Assembly (NCBI GenBank): GCA_009602725.1
Contig: WELB01000006.1
Span: 722,344-786,343 of the forward strand
Direction of reading: 5' to 3'
DNA: 64,000 bases
Source: Spirogloea muscicola
Lineage: Eukaryota
Position numbers and translations under genes: made by a program. The notes under the pieces are model-generated. The model was not told the DNA's origin and ran no database searches. It saw only the letters and a list, made by a program, of their open reading frames with translations. Positions within the stretch are counted from its first letter, which is position 1, and every line of letters starts with the position of its first letter. This document shows, piece by piece, positions 1-10,665 of this stretch.

Positions 1-2069
1 AGCGTCTCGCCGTTCACCGAGCGCGACAGCCCCGCCGCCGCCTGTTGGAGGCGGCCGGCGGGCGGCGCCGATTCCGAGGACGGCGGCCCGCCGCCGGAGT
101 GCGCAGCGGGCGACGACCCCGCCGTGCGGCTGCCAGAGCTCCGCGAGCTCCTGCGCATGCTGCGGCAGCGGCAGGCGGAGGCCTCGGAGGCCTCGGCAGC
201 CGGCCCCGGCAGCGTCTACCTCGTCGGCACGGGCCCCGGCGATCCGGAGCTGCTGACGCTCAAGGCGGCGCGGCTGCTGCACTCCGCCTCCCTCGTCCTC
301 TACGACCGCCTCGTGTCCGCCGACATCCTGGCCATGGCGCACCCCGCCGCTACGCTGCTCTACGTCGGCAAGACCGCCGGCTACCACAGCCGCACGCAGG
401 CGTGCACCCTCCTCCTCCGCTGCGCCTGCCTGCCCGCAAGCTAGCCGCCCGCAGCATCCTGGCGCTAGATTGGAGCCAACGTGAATCTGCGCGCTTGGCT
501 TTTGCCTGTGCCTCAAGCCTAAAAGTTGACAGGCTCCTCGGCTGGCGGCTGCGCAGGACGAGATTCACGAGCTGCTGCTACAGTTTGCCGAGGCGGGGGC
601 CACGGTCGTGCGCCTGAAGGGAGGGGATCCACTGGTGAGGCCCACCGTGTGCTCATCAGGATGACAACCTTTGCCGCTGCATCAACCACCCCACGTTATT
701 TGTGCAACACATTGAGACGAGATTGCAAACACTATGGAGCTCGTAATACTAGACCAGTAGCCGGCTGTGGGACATTGGTCAAAGCAGACAGCTCGGTTCT
801 CACAAGCATCTGCCCTGGCTTCGGAGATGGTAAGTCGAGTGTCTTAGTCTCTCACCCGCTCAGTTCCCCCCCCTTCCAGGTTTTTGGCAGAGGTGGTGAG
901 GAGATGGAGTATTTGCAAGATCAGGGCATCACTGTGCAGATTGTGCCTGGTGAGGCAACAGCTCCCACTGCCTCGAGTGCTGAAATTGGTTCCAATTTGT
1001 TCTTGGTGAAGGTGGAGGGAGAGAAGTAGGCGACAGTGCCACGTGAGGCCATAGGCTTGGGATGCCAGTGTCTTCAGTTACAAGATTCTAGAATATTGTT
1101 GACAGAATTCATCATTTAGGGGTTTTACGTGGAAGTGATATTTTCACCAAGAGGCCAGTTCTAGCATTTGCGAGTTACTTGACACTTGACTGAGCTACCA
1201 AGTGCAGGCATCACAGCAGCGTCGGGCATTGCGGCGGAGCTGGGCATTCCCCTAACACACAGGGGCATTGCAAACAGGTGGGCATTGCTCTCCATCTCAA
1301 ATGCATGCTTCTCTTCAACGCTTGCTTGAAAACCATAAGAGAGATGCTTGCTGTGCTGTCTTGAGCTTCCATCTGCTTGGAGCTTGCCAAGCCCGGTGCA
1401 ACCAGATGATGTGCACAACACGTCCAGCTGTGCTGAAGCTGTCATTGAGATGGCATGGCAGTGTACGCTTCCTGACTGGCCACTCACGGAAAGGAGGTGA
1501 GGACCCTCTGCATGTCGCCGAATCAGCAGCGGACCCAGACTCAACTCTCGTCATATACATGGGCCTTGCTACGCTGCCCGGCCTAGCGAATAAGCTCATT
1601 ATGCACGGCCTCCCTGCCTCGACGCCCGCGGTGGCAGTTGAGCGTGGCACGACCCCGCAGCAGCGACTTGTAAGTGCTGGCACTGCACTGCCAAGCCAGC
1701 TGATCTTGCAGAAATCTTAGTTGTGCATCCAATTGCTCAGAGCGAGATTTGCCAGGTGCATGACTGCAGTCTAGCAACTTGCTGTCAGATGAGAATTTAA
1801 ATTCGATATTGATCTTATGGCTGCTGAAGTTGCTTGTTCTGCAGGTCTTTGCAACGTTGGATCAGCTGCCAGCTTGTGTTGAGCACCAGCAGCTGGTGAG
1901 CCCCACGCTGGTGATCATTGGCGGCGTTGTCGCGCTCTCGCCACTCTGGCCTCTGCAAGCGCCCAAGTTCGAAGCCAGCACTAGGATAACAGGTGCTGGC
2001 TTGGCGGAGCCCAGAGATAGGTCCTTGCGAATGGCTGACCCAGCTCTGCCTAGTGAGCGCACGCGATAG
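1..2069 (+). CDS. UPM1: Uroporphyrinogen-III C-methyltransferase (SUMT, siroheme synthesis), 5'-partial, spliced
   Basis: Exons translate to [40 protein letters not shown] | [26 protein letters not shown] | [15 protein letters not shown] | [19 protein letters not shown] | [27 protein letters not shown] | ..[16 protein letters not shown]; stop at 2067-2069. First intron (400-556) is GC-AG. Confidence 0.95.
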
Positions 2070-2933
2070 CATGCACTGAGAAAGGCCCCAGCAGTCTCAT
2101 ATGTCTTTTTGGAGCATATGTGAGGCCATGATGTGCGACACAGAGCATATCAATTTTCTCTGGCTATCAGTAGCTCTCGGCCAGGAAGACCCTCGCTACG
2201 CAATATGGGCTCAAAGAGCACATTGATTTTCCTGGCACTAGCTCTTGGCCAGGATGAAAGTAGTTGCCCCTTTCAGCTCTCGCCAATCTCCTCAAGATAC
2301 TGAAGGTTACCATAATGCAAGTGCAAAGCAAATTGTAAATTTGCTTCGATTGCAGAGCGCCTTAAGTGCCCCAAGTTTGCAGATGTTTGGCTGGCTCACT
2401 CATGCGCGTGCCGGCAGACAGGCCTTCCCATGACTCTAGCAAGGCAAATCGTGCTATGCGAGACTTGACATGTTCTTACAACCCCAAATGCACAACAAAT
2501 GCTGACAACACGAAGCTCAACACAACTGCCAACATCAGATAGCCCAGCATTAGATAGTCCACAGTGCACAAAGCCCTCTCAGGGGCATGAAAGGGGTGTC
2601 AAATTGCATAGATGAAACTCGAGCTTACTACATCCTCCTTGACTTACCGAGGTGGTCACACTTTAACAATCACCCTACTAAGAAGGCGCACAATCATCAA
2701 GGCTTGGACCCCTTCTACAAGTTCTACTGCGGAACCCTTAAGAGGACCCCTGCTAAAGCAAATGTGAGACAAGCAAGCCAGAGTAGGCTTCAAAGCCAAT
2801 GTGTCTGCCTCACCTTGCCACTTGTAGCAGGACTACTATTGTCAGTGCTGGCACAGCGCACAATAGTCAACCAAACAACATTGTGAGGCTAAATATTGTG
2901 CACCAATCCCAAACGCAATCCCCAGGCTGGCGA

Positions 2934-3948
2934 TCATGTACGCAAGGGGGGTGATACGAGGATGACGCCATCGCCTCGCACAAAGAGGAATGGCACCTTT
3001 CTCTTGGACGTCTGCAGGGGCAGAGGTGCAAGCAGGGGGGCATTGGCTGATGAGTGTGCCATCCACTGGTGGCGCACGGAGCAAGAGGTAGGTGGCTCGT
3101 GCTCCAGAAGAGTGCCATCATTCCACAACTTTGAATATGCTATGAGGGTAAGAGAATCTATTCTCTTGAGCCCTGAAGTGCATCAAGTAATAGACCTGAA
3201 CCCTGCCGCTTATGCCCAAGACGGCAAATGATCCAGTACAGAGCCTTAGATACTGGTCAAGACTGGTCAAAATCTGGACAAATGGACAGCTTTCTCAACA
3301 AGCCGACGCACCAGCTTCCATCATGATACCAGCAGCAACCTGATTAGACGCCACTCTGCAGCCCCTCCTTTGAGAAGTTCATGCAAATTTAGGCGCACCA
3401 CCCGCAGCGGCAGCGTCCCAGCTTAGTGTCTATTCAAGAGCCCCCCCTTCAAAGTGGCCTTTCATGGCCTTCTAAGTACTGGGTGGTCTGCGCTGGAGTT
3501 CCCAGGCAAAGAGCAACCTAAGATGGGAGCAGCCCACGTGCAAGCGGCCCATGCCCTGCTCACAAGCAGACCTACGGCTCTCAGCAGTGCAAGCGCGCGC
3601 GCACCTTGACAATCTCCTCGTACGTCTCGTCGTCGATCTCGACCGTCGTGACGGCCTCGTCGGCGTCGCCCAGGATCATGTTCAGGTGCTGGTCGTAGGC
3701 CTGCGGGCGCATGGGCCGCAGAACGTAAGCGCCGAAACGTCGGCGCCACTGGAACGACGCAGCGGGCCCGGGGCTGGGCCTCCGCGCAGCTCAGCCGCAG
3801 CTCGCAGCTCACGCCCGCGGCTGGGGTGGGCCCGGCAGCGCTGGCGGAGGCGGCGGCGGCGGANGAGGCGGATGAGGTCCAGCGGCTCCTTCACGGCGCT
3901 GTCCTCCTCGCCGCCGCCACCGCCGCCGCCGCCGCCGGCCGCCGCCAT
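2934..3948 (-). CDS. LSM3: Sm-like protein LSm3; exon 1 incomplete at the N at 3864
   Basis: [15 protein letters not shown] (exon 1), [32 protein letters not shown] (3700-3605), [25 protein letters not shown] (3011-2934). The expected SLDERIYVKLR..LRGKLH segment is missing exactly at the N. Confidence 0.95.
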
Positions 3949-4299
3949 CGGTCGGCCCCTCCCTCCCGACCCCCGGACTCCGCCGCCCAGCCCCTCGTCA
4001 CCCCCGTGCCATGGCGCGGACGCAGATTGCCGCCGCCGCCGCCGCCGCCGCCGCTAGCGCCGGCGCCGGTCCTGGCGCCGTATGCGCGGGCAGGGCGCTG
4101 TCACTGGAGGGGTCTTGGGTTTGCAAGAAGCGTCATTCCGAGAACCTGCAGAACTCCAGCCCGCTAACGTAGTTATGAACACCCTCTACATGCACCTTAC
4201 TGGCTTTTACAGCCGCTCTTCATGGATAAGAGCGTCGTCCTTTCTTTCTGCCCCCAACCTCGCCTCCCGGACGGATCCGGCCAAGCCGGGTACTACACC

Positions 4300-4525
4300 C
4301 CTTTCCCGCCGCCGCAGGCCGCGCTCTGGCGGCGGCCTCCGACTTCCGTCAGGGCGACGTCTTTCCGCCTGCTAGCGATTCAGATTTGCATCTACTGACG
4401 AGAGGTTACTGAGAGTTCGCTTACTGCTGTCTCAGTCCTTAGTACTCCGACTCTTTCAGACCTTGTCCATTCTTTTGGGCTGGCCTCTCCCAGCCACCAG
4501 TTAATCTGGCCGCGCTTGCTTTCCC
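4300..4525 (+). mobile_element. 3' end of CRE-like non-LTR retrotransposon (C-terminus plus 3' UTR hairpin)
   Basis: Translates to AGRALAAASDFRQGDVFPPASDSDLHLLTRGY*. Followed by a 3' UTR closely similar to 32930-33050 and 45217-45300, containing CCTTGTCCATTCTTTTGGGCTGGCCTCTCCCAGCC. Confidence 0.8.
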
Positions 4526-6007
4526 TTGTAAGATGAAAACCAGAAAATCCCACAAATGAAGGCGCGCGGTGCAGCATGAGATTGAATGGGTTGCCAAACC
4601 AAGCCAGCACTGTAAAGGCAGTGCAAAGAAGGGGGCTGCACAGTGCGACGCTCTATGCCAAGGGGAGACAGCTCTTACCGAAAGGCGAGGGCTGTAAAAA
4701 GCGAGCCAACAGTACAGTAGAGCGACCCGAGTCCTGTCGCCTCGTGAGTGTGATACTCGGTCGCTGCTGACACGATGGTACCGCCCATTGAGCGACTACT
4801 TTATCTAAGTAGTCAGTTCGTTGGGAGTCAACACATAGCTGCTGGGGAGATGCCTGACTGAACGATCTTGCGAGACCAAAGAAAGGAAGGGGCTCTTCCA
4901 AAGGCGCGAGGGCTGTGAAATGCGTTTCCAAAGGTGTAGCAGGTCGGAGGCAGTTGTACTTATACAAGTGCCTGGTGGACACTCAGTCTTTGCATCCTTA
5001 GGTTGCCCTGCCCTCCTCCGCCTAGAGGCGAATCTTCAAAAAGCACTTGCTGACATCCGTAAGGAGCCGCTGACTCTGCCGAGCGTGCAGCCTTTTTGCT
5101 AGTGCCTACTGTCGCGCCACTGCCCATTCCCGTCCAGCTACGGCGTCCGTCGAACCCATCGCTCGTCTATCGGATCGACACCTGCTGACCATGTAAATGG
5201 AGGGCAAGACAAGAGAAGGCAGGTGATTGCAGAAGGGCAAGCCCTCACAATGATCGAAGAGAAGCAACGATCTGCCATAAGGAGCCACATATAAATAGAT
5301 GCGACAGACTTGATACGTGTGTCACGTTGTTGTCAAACTAGAGATGGCTGCTCATGCTCCACTGCACACGAATGGAAGGCTGCAGCCTTGGGCGTCAGGT
5401 GCCGATTGTGGATTTACTTGGTCATTCGCAGTAAGGGTATGCCTAGTGGACAGTGCTTTTATTGGGTGGCGGTTGTGGGACTAGCACACCTTGGCCAGGT
5501 CAAATGAGTGCAAGATTTCCTCCCCTCCTGCAGCTCCCCTGATGTGATACCTGCCTCTACTTCGCCTCCCCTTTCCATCACCTCAACCTTGACGACCTAA
5601 GAGCAAATGCTGCTCTTGAAGCCAGGCAGCTCGATGAGGCCTTGGAGTCTACCAGTGGCTGGTCGACACGTTGCTGGCACGCCCATAGATTACCTTTTTC
5701 CACCGAGTACCAAGCAATAAAAGAATGTAGTACAAGTGCCAACAGCAGCTGGCCCTGCCAGTCCTTGCAAGGCCTTGCTGGCTGCCGGGCCATGAATTCC
5801 CAATTATACAAGATCGCTCTGCATGATTAAATGTTGGTCAAAGTGGCAAGAAAGGCCTTGTCCTTCTTTTACACGAGGGGCGCTGAGCTCCTCAGAGCGA
5901 CTGCTGGCCTAGATTGCTTGTAACCTTTCTACCAAGTAGTAATAATTCTACCTGACCTATGCATAAGTATGTGAGGCTATCACTACTTAAATCTGAAGTG
6001 CTGGCTT

Positions 6008-9000
6008 TCATAAACCTAGAAATTCACCAATGGACCCGCCGTCGTCGCCGCCACGCCTCTCCGTGACAGCCCAGCTTTGCAGACCTCGGGGCCCGTCATC
6101 CATCCCAACGTCACCTTTCCGCCGTCCTTGATCTGCTTGACTTTCCAGACCTTTCTGTTGCGTGACCCCAGTGCCGTGATAAGAGTCTCCAACATAGCCA
6201 GCCGGCTCAGAGGGAGATAACGACGGCACGGAGATTGCAGTCTGAAGGTCCTTGGGCCCTGGCACAATGTTGTTGACCTTGGCGCCGCTGCCCCTTCGGT
6301 TCCGCTTCCTCTTCCGTGGCTCGCCCATCCCCCGCCCCATCCTTCCACCAACGCCGCTGCCAGGAGGTCCATATGGTGGCCGCGGCGGCAAGCCCATTGG
6401 TCCAGGCGGCATCATGCCAGCGTAGCCACCGAGCGGTGGCGGGAATGGAGGATAGGCTCCCATCATGGGGTTGAGGGGGTAGCTGCCAAATGGGCCCCCG
6501 TCGCGGCCATAAATGCCATCACCACGGGGCGGGAGCATGTACTCTGATCCAGGTGGACCCATGGGCCCCCGCCCGACCAGATGCGGCACATACGGAGGAC
6601 CATTGCCGAATGCGGAGCCCAGGAAGCCCGGCCCGCTTGCAAGTCCGTACTGGGGTCGCAGCCCGGCGCCAAAGCCGGGCCCGGCGAGCCCTGCACCGGC
6701 TGGCGCCGCCAGGAAGTTGCCACCGGCCATCATTGCGGGATCGTAAGCGTCAGCAGGGCCCATGCCGGGAAGATAGCCATTTGCCATCTGGCTGCCCTGC
6801 ACTCTTGCCATGCCCGGCCTTCCATTCCCCACCCCCCCAAACGAAGCTGGTGGCCTGCCTGACACCTCCTCACCCCCCTCATCGTCGTCCTCCTCCTCGT
6901 CGCCATCGTCCTCCTCGTCATCATCGTCCTCCACCATGTCGTCTGCTGGCCTGTCATGGCCACCTTCGACGCCGTCCAGCTCCTCGTTGAGCACGGCTTG
7001 CGGCGGTTTGCTGCCCACTCTTGGGGCAGCTCCAACCACTGGTCCTCCAGCACTCATCCCCTCCCTTCGCAACCTCTCCTCGATCTGCGTCCTCTCAGCG
7101 GCAACAGCCAGACCCTGCAGCACAGGATAACAATTTGACGATGACAGTAAGTGCAGTGTTCAGAATAGGAATGTAGGGCTTTCGGCTGCAGACGCCTGGT
7201 ACATCACAAAGAAATCAAGGGCACTGTCAGGACAAAAGCAAGCTTCTAGAGTGTATCGGCGAGGAAGTAAGCAGCAGGATTAGCTGGAACAGCAGTTCGG
7301 AATGCAGCAAGCAGTGTTAGGACTGGAGGACCAATGGACTATGCCAAACTCATAAAGGGATGTTAGCTCAAGAAGTACCATAAGAGCACTGTCAGGCTCG
7401 TTGTAGAAGAGCGACACAAGCTGCTCGCCGATAGTTGGCTCGACCTCCTGGCAATCTCGGCTGACCTGCCGCCACAAATAACGTAAATCGATAAGGTGTA
7501 CTTTGCTGAACATTAGCAGAGACTGTCCAACAATCGAATCAATCGGCGACTATCTTCAAACCAGCTGGGCATGCTGACCACATACTGCAAAATGGTTGCA
7601 GAAAGTCTGTGTGACATCCAGCTGCAAACTGGAGGTTTGAGCCGCACCTTCACAGGCATGTTGTCATTGTAGGGGTTCCTCAGAAATTGTGTCTTGTTGA
7701 ACGACAGGTCTGCCATCTGCACACAAGGAAATGCAGGATAGCATAAGCATACATATCTGCAGGCTACTCCAAAAATGTGAGCCTGACTCCAGATCACGAG
7801 TGAAATCAGAGGACAAAGCCTTCCCTGGAAGCAGTGGGCTGCAAAAGAGGCCCATGAGTCCAACCTTTAACCACTTGATGGCAAAGTTGCGTCCATACTG
7901 TGCCATGCCCGTTGCCGTCTTCCACAACGGCCCTTGAGCAATCGCTCCAATCCTCGTCTGCATCCGAGCAACCCCCTGCCAGCCCCCAAGTGTTACCATG
8001 CCCATCTTTGTCAGCCTTGAAACTCGCACTTCAGATGACGAGATGGCAATGAGCCACAGCATGGTCAGGTCATGCTCCTCCACATCCAAGTCTGAAGTTT
8101 TCTGAGTCTGGAGAAGCATGATGAGTGTGTATTCTGTAGGCAGCCAGTTAAAAGCTCTGCCACAGCATACCTGAAAGTGCCTAGTCTCGTTAACAGAGAA
8201 AACTAGCAGCACATTGAGAACCATGTCAAACGCTTCGTTCAGTTTGCCCTCATTGTTACGGTGGGTGGCCCACAGCCCCCGCTGCGCCGACAGCTCAAGG
8301 TTCTCCATGTTGTTGCTTTTGACGACGAAGTACCTGCTACCAATGTGCAACATTGCTAGATGTCAATTATCAGCTGCTATCAACAGGGGCGAAACCTACT
8401 CCGAAGGCAGTTAAGCTATTAGAGTACAATGACCAAATGCTGACGATGCTGACCTCGTAGGCCCTGGTGGGAGGGGGCTGGCAAGCGAAGTCAGAGTCGT
8501 CAGCTGGGGGCTGGCAGGGGGCGGCGGCGGCTTCTGCTGGGAGACCCTACTGGGAGCTGGTGGCTGAGCTCGCGGCGCCGCAGGCACAGCCGCAGACTCG
8601 GCAGCGCCAAGGTCGCCAATGTCATCCCTCGTCGATGGAGCACCGGGGCCCTGCAGGGCGCCCGTGGGAGCCACAGCTCCTCCCGATGCACCTCCTACAC
8701 CTCCTCCTCTCTCGCCGCCGCCTCCATGCTCCGCATCGCCTGCTCCCTGCAAGTTGCGCTGGCCCCTGTGCTGGTAGGCAGGATTTGCGGTGGCATGCCC
8801 GTGGCGCTGCTGGAGCTGCTTGAGGTGCTGCTCTGGCGGCGGCGGCGGCCCCGGCTGCTTGGCGTGCCTGTACCTGCAGTCGGCCCCATTGGGGCAGAAC
8901 CCCAACTTGTACCTGGAGAGAGCGCACATGAGCAGAACCAAGATTTGTCAGCATTGCATTATGCGTGAACCATCAATGGTGACTCTTCTCAATCAAGACA

Positions 9001-10021
9001 AGCGCCCAAAGGGCCTCACTACCAAGAGTCGATGTAAAAAACTGCCGACATATGTGCTGTTTCTCATGAGGGTGATAACACGTGGTCAACGCTCGCGCAA
9101 ATGGGCCAAAGTGACTTGCAGAACATAAGCTCGTGAAGATCCTAAAGGCTAACCCCTAGATGAGTGCCAGCGAAGGTGACTGTGGCAAATGACACAAGGG
9201 CAGGCTGCAGCAGGCACTGCGATGACATTTCCACAACCAGAAAGCAAATCATTCATGACAAACAAATTGTTCGGATTGTAGCGTCTTTTGGTCGCCGCCT
9301 TATTGCCGAAGCCAACTCTGTGGAGCAGCACAGCAGCACCCACAGCATTGCCGCAACTCAACGCACTCTGGCGACTTACGTCCGGCGCAACTCATCGCCA
9401 GGGGGCTGGAGGAGTGCCAACTAGGCCCCCTACTCTGCCTTCGACCACAAGGCCGAACCCAAATCACCGCTAAGGTTGGCCAATCCGCGAGACCCTTCTC
9501 ACCGCCCCGGTGCCGCCTCTGGGGCTCTAGGCCTCCAGGGCACACGGCATGCCAGAGCTTGGTGGCAGCGGCAGCGACGAGAGGGAGAGGGAGAGGGAGA
9601 GAGGGGCTGGGAGGAGGCCGTGGTGGCAGCGCTGCGGCGGCGGCGGTACATACATGTTGCACTCCTTGACGTCGTCAAAGGTGTGCTTGTAGGGGCAGTC
9701 GGCCTCGTGGCACTCGCCCCACTTGGCGTAGAAGCGGCAGATGGGCATGCGGGCCTTGTCCAGCTGGTGCAGGAAGCCGCAGGCGTCGCCCTTCATGCAC
9801 AGCCCGCGCAGCCAGTGCCGGCACACCGTCTGCCGGTAGTTGCGCCGCTGCGCCGCCGCCGCCGGCGCGCCGCCTTGCTGCCGCTGCTGCTGCTGCTGCT
9901 GCTGTTGTGGCGTCTGGCCCGGGCCGCCGTCTCCGCGCGCCGTCGTTGGCGGCGCGGCGGCCGCCGAAGCGTCGAGGCCGCCCTCGAAGTCGAAGCTGAG
10001 GGACCCCTCGGGGTCGTCCAT
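6008..10021 (-). CDS. CPSF30: CPSF30 long form: three CCCH zinc fingers, YTH (m6A-reader) domain, and G/P-rich tail
   Basis: MDDPEGSLSFDFEGGLD; QTVCRHWLRGLCMKGDACGFLHQ..CRFYAKWGECHEADCPYKH..ECNM|YKLGFCPNGADCRYRH. YTH: YFVVKSNNMENLELSAQRGLWATHRNNEGKLNEAF..LVFSVNETRHFQ|GVARM..RNFAIKWLK|..LRNPYNDNMPVK|VSRDCQEVEP. Last large exon 7123-6008; the C-terminal end could be further spliced. Confidence 0.95.
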
Positions 10022-10317
10022 GGCCAATTGCGCAACGATGGCCTTCACCTCCCGCGGCTCCACTCCGCTGCCGCCGCCGCCGCCACCGCCGCCGCTGCCG
10101 GGCGCGGCCGCCGCCGCCTGCTGCTCCCGCTGAGCTCTGCGGCCTTCCCGGCTCGGCGCCGCCCTGGCTCGGCACCGCCCCAGGCAAGCATTCAGCCGCT
10201 TGACAGAAGCTTCAGGCGGAGCTTCTCCGCGCCGCCGCCCGCATCTCGCGGCTTAGCGCCGTCGCCGTCGCCGCCGGCGCCGCCGCCGCCGCCGCAGCCG
10301 CCGCGGACGCCGTCGCC

Positions 10318-10539
10318 ATGGTAAGCGCTAGCTCCCCTCCTGTCGCCTTCTGAGTTAGTTGGCAAGTTGGTATGCCCCATTGGCTTCCCATGCGAGGAGT
10401 CCCCGCATGCCGTGGCCTCACGCTGCCGCCGCCGCCGCCGCCGCCGCCGGGGGTGCCTGCAGTCCAAGCGGAAGACCAAGGAGGTGAAGGAGGAGGTGGC
10501 GACGCTGGGCCCCGCCGTGCGCGAGGGCGAGCACGTCTT
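10318..10539 (+). CDS. RPS14: 40S ribosomal protein S14 (uS11), N-terminal part only; the rest is lost in the gap
   Basis: ATG at 10318-10320 followed directly by the donor GTAAGC; acceptor at 10462, then SKRKTKEVKEEVATLGPAVREGEHVF running into the N-run. Confidence 0.9.
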
Positions 10540-10600
10540 NNNNNNNNNNNNNNNNNNNNNNNNNNNNNNNNNNNNNNNNNNNNNNNNNNNNNNNNNGGTC

Positions 10601-10655
<55 letters not shown>
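10540..10655. other. Assembly gap (57 N) with adjacent ~53-nt poly-T; true gap probably longer
   Basis: N 10540-10596 and T-run 10603-10655. The remaining ~120 codons of RPS14 and the THO1 promoter cannot fit in 57 nt. Confidence 0.9.
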
Positions 10656-10665
10656 CACCGCCGCC

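Noticed and set aside
3840..3880. LSM3 apparently lacking part of its Sm1 motif (pseudogene?)
   Set aside because: The deletion coincides exactly with an N in a GC-rich repeat, so a collapsed assembly gap is the simpler explanation; the other exons are intact.
9476..10324. Long GC-rich ORFs antisense to or overlapping gene starts (also 43852-44931 N-terminal part, 52170-53069, 10192-11355)
   Set aside because: Shadow frames produced by high GC and GCC repeats; low complexity with no recognisable motifs.
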